DNA from: Candidatus Bathyarchaeota archaeon
GTDB taxonomy: Archaea > Thermoproteota > Bathyarchaeia > Bathyarchaeales > Bathycorpusculaceae
Direction of reading: 5' to 3'
Assembly (NCBI GenBank): GCA_963780185.1
Contig: CAWABA010000005.1
Span: 32,001 to 96,000 of the forward strand
DNA length: 64,000 bases
Shown here piece by piece: positions 12,008-20,939 of the stretch. Position 1 is the first letter of the stretch; every line of letters begins with the position of its first letter. The position numbers were made by a program, and so were the translations under genes. A model generated the notes under the pieces. The model had not been told where the DNA came from and made no database searches. It saw nothing but the letters and a program-made list of their open reading frames with translations.

Positions 12008-13482
12008 TGAGCGTCGCCTCCAGCCTTCTGAAGCGCCTGCATCAGCGCCCTCGCTTTATGCTCGGTCTCAAACCATTCCTGCTCGGGCACCGAGTCAGCC
12101 ACGACTCCTCCGCCAGCCTGAATGTAGGCTTGGTTTTTCTGGGCGAAGAGGGTTCGGATGGTTATGGCGAAATCCGCGTTGCCGTTGTATGAGAAGTAGC
12201 CTACTGCTCCAGCGTAGGGTCCGCGCCTCACAGGTTCCAGTTCATCGATGATTTCCATGGCTCGCACCTTGGGCGCTCCAGAAACCGTTCCCGCTGGAAA
12301 AACAGCTCGCAACGCATCGTAACTTTGGAGACCATCTCTGAGCTGCCCCACTACTCGGGAAACGATGTGCTGAACGTGGCTGTACTGGTGAACCTTCATG
12401 AATTCAGGTACATGTACGGTTCCGTACTTGCTGATTCTTCCCACGTCGTTTCGCGCCAAATCAACAAGCATCACATGTTCAGCGCGTTCCTTGGGGTCGG
12501 CAAGCAACTCAGCAACCAACCTGCCATTTTCCACTGGGTTATCAGCGACGGGTCGAGTGCCTGCAATCGGAAACGTTTCCACCGTCCTGTTCTCGACGCG
12601 AACCAGCATCTCTGGGCTTGCGCCGACGATTTGGCGGTCGCCCGAGCTGTAATAGTACATGTAGGGCGAGGGGTTGATGGTTCTCAGCGCCTCGTAGAAG
12701 GGGATTAGGTTGCCTTTTACTTGGAATTGGAATCGTTTGGAGGGGACAACCTGGAAGATGTCGCCTGCCGTGATGTACGCTTTCGCTTTTTCCACCGCAG
12801 CTTCGTAGACTTCTTTCTTAATGTTCACTTTAGGCTGAGTGTACGATAACTGGTTGGGCTCACTCGGCTGCTTGAGGAGGCTTTCAACTTCGGGCAGGCG
12901 GTTTTCGCTTCGGTAATAGTAGAAGGCTTGCTTCTTAGGGTGATTGAAGACGAAGCCGTCGTCAAATATGCCCATTTCTAAATCAGGAAAGCCAAGGTCA
13001 TCCTTGCTGTTCTCGGGCAGTTTTTCCCAGTAACGCACGGCGTCATAGGAGATGTAGCCGACTGCTCCGCCGACAAACCTAAATTGGGCGTTCGGGGCGT
13101 CTTCACACTTTAAGAGCTGCTCCAAAATTTCGAGTGGGTCACTTGTTTTCTCAGTGACGGTTTCGCCTGTTCTTTCGTTTTTTACTTGGGCTTCACCGTT
13201 TTTTGTTTGGATGGTGATTTTGGGGTCGAAGCCGATGAATGAGTATTGTGCGAGCTTTTTTGGTCCTTCGATTGATTCTAAAAGATATGCGGTTGGGTGT
13301 TGTTTTTGGAGTTTTGAGAAGATTTCAAGCGGTTGTTGGGTTAGGGTGATTTTTTTGATTTTCAGGGGGTTAGCTGGTTTGGTTTGTGTGGCTGTCGTGC
13401 CAAAGGCGATTCCCCATTTGTTCTGTTCTCCGTATGGTTCAGAAGCATACTTCAATGTGTTATTTAAGGCTTGTCTGCACAA
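12004..13482 (-). CDS. trpE: Anthranilate synthase component I (true start uncertain)
   Basis: LLES, GDIFQVV, NPSPYM, SPEMLV, PIAGT, EHVMLVDLARND, PAGTVSGAPK, QAGGGVVADS. Confidence 0.95.
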   Translation of the reverse strand: MCRQALNNTLKYASEPYGEQNKWGIAFGTTATQTKPANPLKIKKITLTQQPLEIFSKLQKQHPTAYLLESIEGPKKLAQYSFIGFDPKITIQTKNGEAQVKNERTGETVTEKTSDPLEILEQLLKCEDAPNAQFRFVGGAVGYISYDAVRYWEKLPENSKDDLGFPDLEMGIFDDGFVFNHPKKQAFYYYRSENRLPEVESLLKQPSEPNQLSYTQPKVNIKKEVYEAAVEKAKAYITAGDIFQVVPSKRFQFQVKGNLIPFYEALRTINPSPYMYYYSSGDRQIVGASPEMLVRVENRTVETFPIAGTRPVADNPVENGRLVAELLADPKERAEHVMLVDLARNDVGRISKYGTVHVPEFMKVHQYSHVQHIVSRVVGQLRDGLQSYDALRAVFPAGTVSGAPKVRAMEIIDELEPVRRGPYAGAVGYFSYNGNADFAITIRTLFAQKNQAYIQAGGGVVADSVPEQEWFETEHKARALMQALQKAGGDAQ

Positions 13483-13491
13483 AAACGTACA

Positions 13492-13827
13492 TTAAGACTT
13501 GGGCTTAAGCGCAAGTCCCATCCAATCCAAATAAGCCTTCGAACCATCAACAATCGGAAGCGCCAAAACCTCAGGAACCTCATAACTATGCAGCCGCCGA
13601 ACATGCCCCTCAACCTCCTCAAACAGGTCCCTGCGCGACTTCATAACAACCAAGCATTCCTCAGCCCTCTCAAGGTTGCCAACCCAATAAAAAAACGAAG
13701 TGACAGGACTAACGATGTTTGCGCAGGCGATTAAACGTTCTTCAACAAGCTTCTTGGAAATCTTTTCCGCTTCCTCTCTATCCTTCGCCGTAACCAAGAT
13801 GACAATGTAATCGTTCATGTTCTTCAC
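13492..13827 (-). CDS. cutA: Divalent-cation tolerance protein CutA
   Basis: LVEERLIACANI, SFFYW, HSYEVPE, YLDW. Confidence 0.93.
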   Translation of the reverse strand: MKNMNDYIVILVTAKDREEAEKISKKLVEERLIACANIVSPVTSFFYWVGNLERAEECLVVMKSRRDLFEEVEGHVRRLHSYEVPEVLALPIVDGSKAYLDWMGLALKPKS

Positions 13828-13952
13828 TAAGCTAAAGTTGATTTTTACCCATAAAAACCTGCATGCACCAAAAATTCCCGCCTAAGCTCACAAAATGCTT
13901 AATGCATCAAAAAAGTTTGATAGATATTCAGGTAAAAAAGTGAAAAGGCACA

Positions 13953-14087
13953 TTAGTTACCTGTTGGGGACAGAGTTGCAAGGTGAGATATCGAAATCTT
14001 TAGATTGCTTTGTTCAGGTGTTTGGGCTTTTTTTGTCGTAGTTCTTGTTTCTGTTTCCTCATGAATCTGGGTTGGTAAATTACACAT
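13953..14087 (-). CDS. Small hypothetical protein (44 aa)
   Basis: MCNLPTQIHEETETRTTTKKAQTPEQSNLKISISHLATLSPTGN*; GGAGG SD 8 nt upstream; below the ORF-track cutoff. Confidence 0.45.
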   Translation of the reverse strand: MCNLPTQIHEETETRTTTKKAQTPEQSNLKISISHLATLSPTGN

Positions 14088-14259
14088 GGTTTTTTCCTCC
14101 GCCTTCTCGATTTTAAGAAGGCGCGGAGATTTTTAGGGGTACCCAGCATTTTCTATATAGTATTTTGTTTTTACTGCCCCTCAGCAAACCGTTTTTTTAG
14201 GTGGATGGTTAAGACATTTAAATTCTCGTTTAAGTAATACATGCGTTGAGGGAACGTTT

Positions 14260-14766
14260 TTGAAGGAAGAACAGTTTAAGGTTTTAAAAACGCTAAGCGA
14301 AATCACAAGCCGCATTGACTTAGGCATGTTTGCCCAAAAAGTCAACTTAACATCGGATCAAACAATAAATCAAATCCAAGAACTAACAAAAGAGGGTTTC
14401 TTGCAGAAGGTCGGAGGCGGCTTCGGCATAACTCCAAAGGGAAAAGCAGCCCTCAAAGTCTTCACCCCTGTCCCGACAGACATGAGTTTCCGCTTCTATT
14501 ATGGCATCGACCAACCATCAGAGTTTACAGCTGAATCACTTGAAAAGTTCTACATGGTTATAAAACAAATCAGCGCCGAATCCGTTGAATTCCACCTAAG
14601 TCGAGGCGACTTCGGAAACTGGCTTAAGGGCGTCTGCAAAGAACCCGAGCTTGCCAGCGAATTTGAGCAGGCGGCTGCTGCGGGTTTGAAAGGTGAGGAA
14701 CTTAGAGCAGAACTTTTAAAAGTGCTTGACGGAAAATACGACGTTGAAGGTTTAGTTAACCATTAG
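14260..14766 (+). CDS. Winged-HTH protein with C-terminal DUF5752-like domain
   Basis: N-terminal wHTH (IQELTKEGFLQK..GITPKG); C-terminal SVEFHLSRGDFGNWL motif. Confidence 0.7.
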   Translation: MKEEQFKVLKTLSEITSRIDLGMFAQKVNLTSDQTINQIQELTKEGFLQKVGGGFGITPKGKAALKVFTPVPTDMSFRFYYGIDQPSEFTAESLEKFYMVIKQISAESVEFHLSRGDFGNWLKGVCKEPELASEFEQAAAAGLKGEELRAELLKVLDGKYDVEGLVNH

Positions 14767-14768
14767 TT

Positions 14769-15233
14769 TTACTGGTTTAGTTTGATCCACCAGTCGGGAA
14801 CGCGGTGGTTTTCGGCGTTGTCCCAAGAGTCGAACGGTTTGATGTCCAGAACTGGTGTGCCGTCGTAGGCGTCTAAGCCGCGAACCGTCAAAACGTTGTC
14901 TTCAACTTTTAGCAGTTCAACTAGGGTTAAGCCGATGGGGTTGGGTCGCTGGTTGGTTCTAAGCGCGAAGACGCCCAAAAGAGGCATATCCACTCGTCCT
15001 CTCGGATGAAATTTCAGCGCCCGATTCTGACCGTTTACTTCGCTTAGCCAGAAAAGCACAAACACATGCGAAAAACCTTCGATGCCATCCAACGCCTCAA
15101 CTAACCCTGAGTTAAGTATGATTTTTGAAATCCTTGTTTTGTCTTTAACTTCGTTGCCTACCGCGTCGGTTCTAACGTATCCAATGGGGTTCAAAACAAT
15201 CTGCTGCTGCGAAAACATACGATATCCGCTCAA
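14769..15233 (-). CDS. tsaA: tRNA (N6-threonylcarbamoyladenosine(37)-N6)-methyltransferase TrmO/TsaA family
   Basis: LNPIGYV, GVFALRTNQRPNPIGL, GLDAYDGTPVLDIKP. Confidence 0.9.
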   Translation of the reverse strand: MSGYRMFSQQQIVLNPIGYVRTDAVGNEVKDKTRISKIILNSGLVEALDGIEGFSHVFVLFWLSEVNGQNRALKFHPRGRVDMPLLGVFALRTNQRPNPIGLTLVELLKVEDNVLTVRGLDAYDGTPVLDIKPFDSWDNAENHRVPDWWIKLNQ

Positions 15234-15298
15234 TATTTCTGTGCAGCAGAAACTATATAAGCCTTCGACTAACTATGGCGAAACGGTGAAGAAAGAAT

Positions 15299-15550
15299 TT
15301 GCCTTTTATTGAAGATCTTTCGAAGCTTCCGAATGCGGCAATCATATTATACATGCTGGCTTTCTTTCTCTCGTTCGGAGTAATCTCGAACTTCATCGAC
15401 AGCGAAGGTATCTTGTACAACCTCTTGCAGGGCGTATTCATTTCAGCGGTAACCGGCGGCATATTGTATTTTGCTAGGCACCTGAGTCGACGCCGAATTG
15501 CCAACTCAGTTAAATTGCAGCCAACAACCCCACAGAAGACTCCTATTTAG
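15299..15550 (+). CDS. Small membrane protein (2 TM)
   Basis: Two hydrophobic helices and a basic tail; fills the gap between tsaA and tRNA-Lys. Confidence 0.5.
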   Translation: MPFIEDLSKLPNAAIILYMLAFFLSFGVISNFIDSEGILYNLLQGVFISAVTGGILYFARHLSRRRIANSVKLQPTTPQKTPI

Positions 15551-15682
15551 AACCACAAAAAGCACTCCATAAAAACATAAAAGAGTTGTATTGGTTATTA
15601 GTTTTTGATTGCATCAGGCTGTAACAACAAAACCGCAAGCTCTATATTATCCAGTGAAGCCATTTTCAAAAGCAAGCGATGC

Positions 15683-15760
15683 GGGCCCGTGGCTCAGTCA
15701 GGCCAGAGCGGCGGACTCTTAATCCGTAGGTCGCGGGTTCAATTCCCGTCGGGCCCGCCA
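15683..15760 (+). tRNA. tRNA-Lys(CTT)
   Basis: Acceptor GGGCCCG/CGGGCCC, anticodon arm GCGGA-CTCTTAA-TCCGT, TTCAATT T-loop, encoded CCA. Confidence 0.96.
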
Positions 15761-15812
15761 ATCTCTAAAAAATTGTGAAACCTTAAATCAGACAATACGT
15801 TTTACAATATGT

Positions 15813-16034
15813 ATGACAAAAACGATTTGCGTCCGAATCTCCGACGAAGAAAAGCGCCAACTTCAGAAGTACGGCAAGCTCTCAGACACATTAAGAGAAG
15901 CTATGAAACTTTATCTAAACACCAAGCAGTCCGACGAGTTACTCAAGAAACTGGCGAATTTGCAAGCTCAGAATCCCATAAAGATGTCAACTGAGGAAAT
16001 AGTGGGGCTGATTCGGGAGGACAGAAGTCGCTGA
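15813..16034 (+). CDS. VapB-like antitoxin (RHH-type)
   Basis: 73 aa, TICVRISDEEK N-terminus, IREDR C-terminus; its stop overlaps the PIN gene. Confidence 0.8.
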   Translation: MTKTICVRISDEEKRQLQKYGKLSDTLREAMKLYLNTKQSDELLKKLANLQAQNPIKMSTEEIVGLIREDRSR

Positions 16035-16417
16035 TAGTCGGCGACAGCAGCTATATTGTCGAGGCGCTTCTGGAGAATCAGAGTTTGCTCGCTGATGAGC
16101 AAATTGTAACATCGGATGTGGCTGTTTACGAAGTAGCTAATGCTGTTTGGAAGCGAGAGAATCTTCTAAAGAATTTAGAGAACGGCCTGCAATACATAGC
16201 CATTTTCTTCGGTTTTATAGAATCAGGAAAAATTGTGGTTCTACCCTCAAACGAAAATCTAATGCAAGAATCCTATAAAATAGCCAAGCGAAGCAGCATT
16301 ACACTCTATGATGCAGTCTTCGTCGCCTTAGCGCTTGAGTTTGGTTTACCTCTAAAGACTTTAGACAAGGCTCAAATCCGCGCTTTCAAGTTAGAAAGTC
16401 ATAACCGAACCATATAG
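16031..16417 (+). CDS. vapC: VapC/PIN-domain toxin (probable CTG start)
   Basis: In-frame CTG-ATA-GTC-GGC-GAC-AGC-AGC (xIVGDSS) supplies the first PIN Asp; also EVANAVWK, TLYDAVFVALA, LKTLD. Confidence 0.88.
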   Translation: MIVGDSSYIVEALLENQSLLADEQIVTSDVAVYEVANAVWKRENLLKNLENGLQYIAIFFGFIESGKIVVLPSNENLMQESYKIAKRSSITLYDAVFVALALEFGLPLKTLDKAQIRAFKLESHNRTI

Positions 16418-16535
16418 CTAATTCCACTCTACGCGTTCATCAAATCACCAGAACCCTGAACTTTTATCTGAATGTCGCATGTTCAATTCCCGTCTGACTC
16501 GCCAAAATCAACGTGGCGTCTTGTTGCAGCTTTTT

Positions 16536-17468
16536 CTATAGTCTACGCGGTTTTTGCAACGGTTGACTTCTCGGCACGTCGCGGTTTGGTTTGGTCTCGG
16601 TTTTCAGGAGTTCCTTTAGTCGCCAAACTAATACGTCACGATCGTTGGGTTGTTGCTGCACCCACAATTCACGGTATTCTCGGAACTGTTGCCCAGAGAT
16701 TTTACCTTTCGATTGCAGCTCGCCAAGTAGCTTCACGAATCCTCTAAGTTCCAGCTGCTCGTTAGTTTCTACATTGCCAATTTTGCCCCCGCTTGCTGCA
16801 GTCGGGGCTGGTTCTCTGTCAGGCGGCGGATAATTGTTGTATAAGAATCTGGTGAAATACGTGATTTCCCAAGACTTCGTTGTGGGCAAGCTGTCTTTGG
16901 CTTTCAGCAACTCAGCGGTGTAGTAAGCATATTCTGCTCCTAAAGAGTAAAATTTGGTTCCACCGCTTGGGGCATCGGTTATTCGGTTAACGAAATGCTT
17001 TAGGTGCTGGTTACTGAAGATCGGCACTACCGCTAGGCTTTCGTAGTTGAAGCAAAATATGGTTTTTTTGGCTAGAAGCTTATCGTTTCCTAAACCGTTT
17101 ATTTTTTCCCACGGAGCATCCACTTTTTGAGCTAACTGCTTGTTCTTATCCACCACGACGCGGAGCAGATTTTTGAAGTCGCCAAGTTGCATCCTGATAT
17201 TTCGGTAAATATTAGAATTCTGGATCGCAACGTGTCCAATTGGATCGAGGGAATAAACTAAATAACGGAAGAACTCGCCTGTTTCGTTTAAATCAGGCTT
17301 GAAGATTTGGTCGGGGTCCAGCCAATCTATCGACTGCGGGTTTTCTGCGAAAGGAAATTTTACTCTAAATTCCTTTAGCATCCCGAGCGCTTTTTCAACT
17401 TCGCGCTTCATCAACCCGTTTTTGTCGTAAGCGTTTGCTTGTTCAAGCATTGAATTTCTTCGAGACAT
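16536..17468 (-). CDS. Hypothetical protein (310 aa, soluble)
   Basis: Long uninterrupted ORF with normal composition; no motif recognised with confidence. Confidence 0.75.
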   Translation of the reverse strand: MSRRNSMLEQANAYDKNGLMKREVEKALGMLKEFRVKFPFAENPQSIDWLDPDQIFKPDLNETGEFFRYLVYSLDPIGHVAIQNSNIYRNIRMQLGDFKNLLRVVVDKNKQLAQKVDAPWEKINGLGNDKLLAKKTIFCFNYESLAVVPIFSNQHLKHFVNRITDAPSGGTKFYSLGAEYAYYTAELLKAKDSLPTTKSWEITYFTRFLYNNYPPPDREPAPTAASGGKIGNVETNEQLELRGFVKLLGELQSKGKISGQQFREYRELWVQQQPNDRDVLVWRLKELLKTETKPNRDVPRSQPLQKPRRL

Positions 17469-17522
17469 TTTCAGCCCTATCTGTATTGCTAACGGGGGAA
17501 TAAGAACATTGCAGCCAAACGG

Positions 17523-18155
17523 CTAACGCCAGGTTTTGTTGCCGTGCTTCTCCCAAAGGCGCCGAACGAAGCTCAGGAATAACGGAACAATCCAAAAAAT
17601 GAATCTTAAGTGAATGCTTATTTTGCCGCTAATCGGAACCGCTAAAGTCCAAAAGAAGGGTAGAACAGAGATGAAGAAGATTGCCGCGCCAACTATCTCT
17701 GCATTTCTCACCGCCACATAATGGCGAAGCTGGTGTTCTGGTCTATTTTTATCGGCTAAAATGGAGTTGGCTAAGAGGGCTTGAATTGAGAATAATCCTC
17801 CCAGGTCGAGAGCGTAGAGTATCGAAACGTCCTGTGCTGGAATGGTTGCGGAATTAAGTTGGTTAAACAGGAAAGGCTCGATGGAAACCAGGAACAGAAG
17901 CAGGATGTTGAGTTCAACTTCTCTTCGCGTTTCAATATGCACATTTGACATTGTCCGAGTGTACCCGTACCAGACGCTGATTAGTATGAGAAAACTAAAC
18001 GCGTAAAAAACTATAGATTCAACCAGATCCTGAAAGCTGCTTGGAGCATTCCCGATTAACGTGAGTGCGCCGATGGAGAGGGCTAACCCGAAAATCAGGT
18101 CGGAAAGAGTTTCTATGCGGGATTTCGGCGTTGATCTTTCTTTTTCCTCAGCCAT
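17523..18155 (-). CDS. TMEM175-family potassium channel
   Basis: RIETLSDLIFGLALSIGAL (RxxxFSD-like) and about 6 TM helices; start at ATG 18155 (MAEEKER). Confidence 0.85.
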   Translation of the reverse strand: MAEEKERSTPKSRIETLSDLIFGLALSIGALTLIGNAPSSFQDLVESIVFYAFSFLILISVWYGYTRTMSNVHIETRREVELNILLLFLVSIEPFLFNQLNSATIPAQDVSILYALDLGGLFSIQALLANSILADKNRPEHQLRHYVAVRNAEIVGAAIFFISVLPFFWTLAVPISGKISIHLRFIFWIVPLFLSFVRRLWEKHGNKTWR

Positions 18156-18273
18156 AAGAGCGCTCACTTGATAGGTTAATTGTCTGAGGGGCAATATAGA
18201 ATTAATGCAGCGGTCAACCTCAAAATCGGAAAAATCAAAGAAAAAAGAGTTGGGAATGTGGTTTTTTGGGTGA

Positions 18274-19131
18274 TTAGATGTGTGTTTGCTCGCGTTTTTT
18301 GAAGACGACGAATGCTGCTGCGCAAGCGACCAATGCCAGCAATGCGCCGAAACCGTATTCAGGTGCAGCGAAGCTTGGTGTGACGGTGAATTGCGCGAAC
18401 GCGGTGTTACCATAATAGTTGTTGTAGTCAACGAAGGCAACTATGCAAGGGCCTATGCCGATATCGTTTGGAACAGTGAATGTTGCTGTGAATGTGCCGT
18501 CAGATTGAATAGGTACTGGGTACGGCGTTGATGGAACTTCGTTTCCGTAGGTAGCAGACGCTATGACGCATGCGAGTGTATTGCCATTTCCATCTGCTAT
18601 GTCTCCTGGGTCAAAGCCTGTTCCAGTAACCGTCACAACGGTGCCCATAGGACCAGACGATTGGCTTAGAGTGATTGAGGGCCCTAAGATTGTAAACAGC
18701 TGGAAAGCAACGTTGCCGCTTGTATCAGAGACTACGATTGTATATACTCCGCCAGGCATTGGACCGAGTTCCACGCCGTCTAATTCGAAACCACCTGCGC
18801 CGTCAGCGGTAACTATGTCTACATTGTTTATATCGGGATACGGAACTGCAGTGGGAATGTCAGAGGGTCCAATGGCGCCTGCATAAGCGGTAATGTAAAT
18901 GTCGTCGCCAGGTTGGAAGCCTGTGCCAATTGCCGTTACTGTGTCACCAGCGAAACCGCTTGGTAGCCCTGTGTTGTCATTAAGTAAGGTGAAAGTTGCG
19001 GTTGGATCGGTTGGAGCAGTGATAGCTTTTGCCGGCAAAGCCATACAGAGCGATAGAAACATTATGCTTGCTAATGCTATTGCAGTTACTATTTTCTTGT
19101 TTTTCGTATTTTTCTCTCCCTTCTTTTCCAA
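18274..19131 (-). CDS. Secreted Ig-like (IPT/TIG-like) repeat surface protein with PEF/PEFG-CTERM-like signal
   Basis: Signal peptide, two repeats (VTAIGTGFQPGD / VTVTGTGFDPGD), C-terminal APEYGFG-TM-KKR. Confidence 0.78.
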   Translation of the reverse strand: MEKKGEKNTKNKKIVTAIALASIMFLSLCMALPAKAITAPTDPTATFTLLNDNTGLPSGFAGDTVTAIGTGFQPGDDIYITAYAGAIGPSDIPTAVPYPDINNVDIVTADGAGGFELDGVELGPMPGGVYTIVVSDTSGNVAFQLFTILGPSITLSQSSGPMGTVVTVTGTGFDPGDIADGNGNTLACVIASATYGNEVPSTPYPVPIQSDGTFTATFTVPNDIGIGPCIVAFVDYNNYYGNTAFAQFTVTPSFAAPEYGFGALLALVACAAAFVVFKKREQTHI

Positions 19132-19333
19132 CCAACCATTCGCTGCCGTTTGGTAATAACACTAATTCCGATTTTGGAAATAATCCGAAACAAAACTATA
19201 AATTTAGTCAATTTGCCAATTTTTTTATCAATTAACGTTCAAAAAAATTAAATGCAATCAGGAAGAAAATTAACGGCGCGCAATGCCTTTCCCCGTTACG
19301 CTTTGATACTAAAATCAGAGTAAAAATGCCCTG

Positions 19334-20939
19334 TTAGGTTTGTTTGAATTCTTCTCTTGTCTTCATCTGTCGCCGTTTCAAGTTGTAGCCTAATGAGAAG
19401 TCGTGTGCTGCATCTCGCATTCGCCTTAGTAGCAGCATCATTCGGCTGTTCTTGTCAAATTGCAATGGCGCCGCTTGGTCAGGCAAATAAATTTCTTCAT
19501 GTTCCTTCGCTAAACCAATAAGAGGAATCTTCAAGCCAAGCGTTTGCAACGCCGTTTTTGCCGCGCTCACCTGCCCTGGTCCTCCATCAATCATTACTAG
19601 GTCGGGCAACTGGCTTTTTTCTTCAACCAACCGCTTGTATCTTCGCGTGACCACCTCGTTCATAGAGGCAAAGTCGTCCTGTCCAGTGAAAGTCTTGATT
19701 TTGAATCGGCGATAGTTTTTCTTGTCTGGTTTAGCGTCTTTAAAGCTGACCATACCTGAAACCACATGTTCCTGTCCCAGGTTGGAAACGTCGAAGCACT
19801 CGATTATACGGGGCAACACTGGAAGGTTCAGCTCGGTTTGCAAATCACACAGGGCGCTGTCAACTTCCAACGTGGACTCAAGGTTTTTCTCCGCCAACTG
19901 GACCAACGCCAGCTTGTCGGCTTTTCGAGGTATGACCAAGGACACTGGTGCACCACCGTTTTTCTGTTAGAAATTCTTCAAGAGCCTTTTTTTCTTCAGG
20001 TTCTTGCCAGCAGGGCTTATTTAGCAGAATTTCCCGCGGTATTCGGCTGCTTGTATAGTAAGCTTTGAGGAATTCCTGTTCAACTTGAGGCTGTAGGTCG
20101 ACACTGAACTGTTTCTTGCCGAGAAGAACGCCCTTTCTGACTCCCATTTGGACCGCGAGCATTTTGTCGCCGACCTGCTTAAACGCTAAAATGTCCTGGT
20201 CAAACCGTCGTTCGTTGTCAACAATCTGGCGTTCAGTGACAAGTCTGATGGAGTCGATTTGGTTGCGGAGATCAATTGCAGTTTCGTATTTCTGCCGGGC
20301 TGAGGCTTGCTGCATTTGAGCGGTCAGCTCTTTGATTGTTCCCAGATAGTTCCCGTTCAAGAAAGACCGTGCCCCCGCGATTTGCTCGGCATATTCTTCG
20401 GCAGTGACTTTTTCTATGCATGGTGCTGTGCAGAGGTGGATGTGGTAGTTTAGGCAGGCGCGTTTATGTATGGTTTTGCAGGTGCGCAGCTTGAACACTC
20501 GTTGGACGAGGCGTTGCAGGTCTTGCCGTATGAAGCCTTCGGTGTAGGGTCCGAAGGATTCGAGTTTGCGCGAGGTTTTGCGGCTCATCATTATCCTTGG
20601 GAAGGGCTCCCTTGTAAGCGAGATGTACGCGTAGCTTTTCGCGTCCTTTAGGTCGATGTTGTACTTGGGGGTGTGCTGTTTGATGAGCTTGTTTTCCAGA
20701 AGTAGCGCTTCAACCTCGTTGTTTACGACTATCCAGTCGATACCACGTATTCGGGAAACTAACTGTCGTGTCTTGGCTGGCTGGTCCTTGTTTAAAAAGT
20801 AGCTTTTAACACGTGACCGAAGGCTTTTTGCTTTGCCCACATAGAGGATTTCACCTGCTTCATCCCTGTACAGGTACACACCTGGGTTGGTGGGAATTTC
20901 AGAGCTTTTGAAATCTGATGCACACTTTATTTGAATCAT
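19334..20939 (-). CDS. uvrC: Excinuclease ABC subunit C (one apparent frameshift near 19955)
   Basis: GIY-YIG ([22 protein letters not shown]) in 19878-20939; RNase H-like part ([23 protein letters not shown]) in 19334-19945. Confidence 0.93.

Noticed and set aside
18156-18440. 95-aa N-terminal extension of the TMEM175 ORF in the ORF track
   Set aside because: It overlaps the upstream surface-protein gene and its T-rich terminator region; family similarity starts at MAEEKER (18155).
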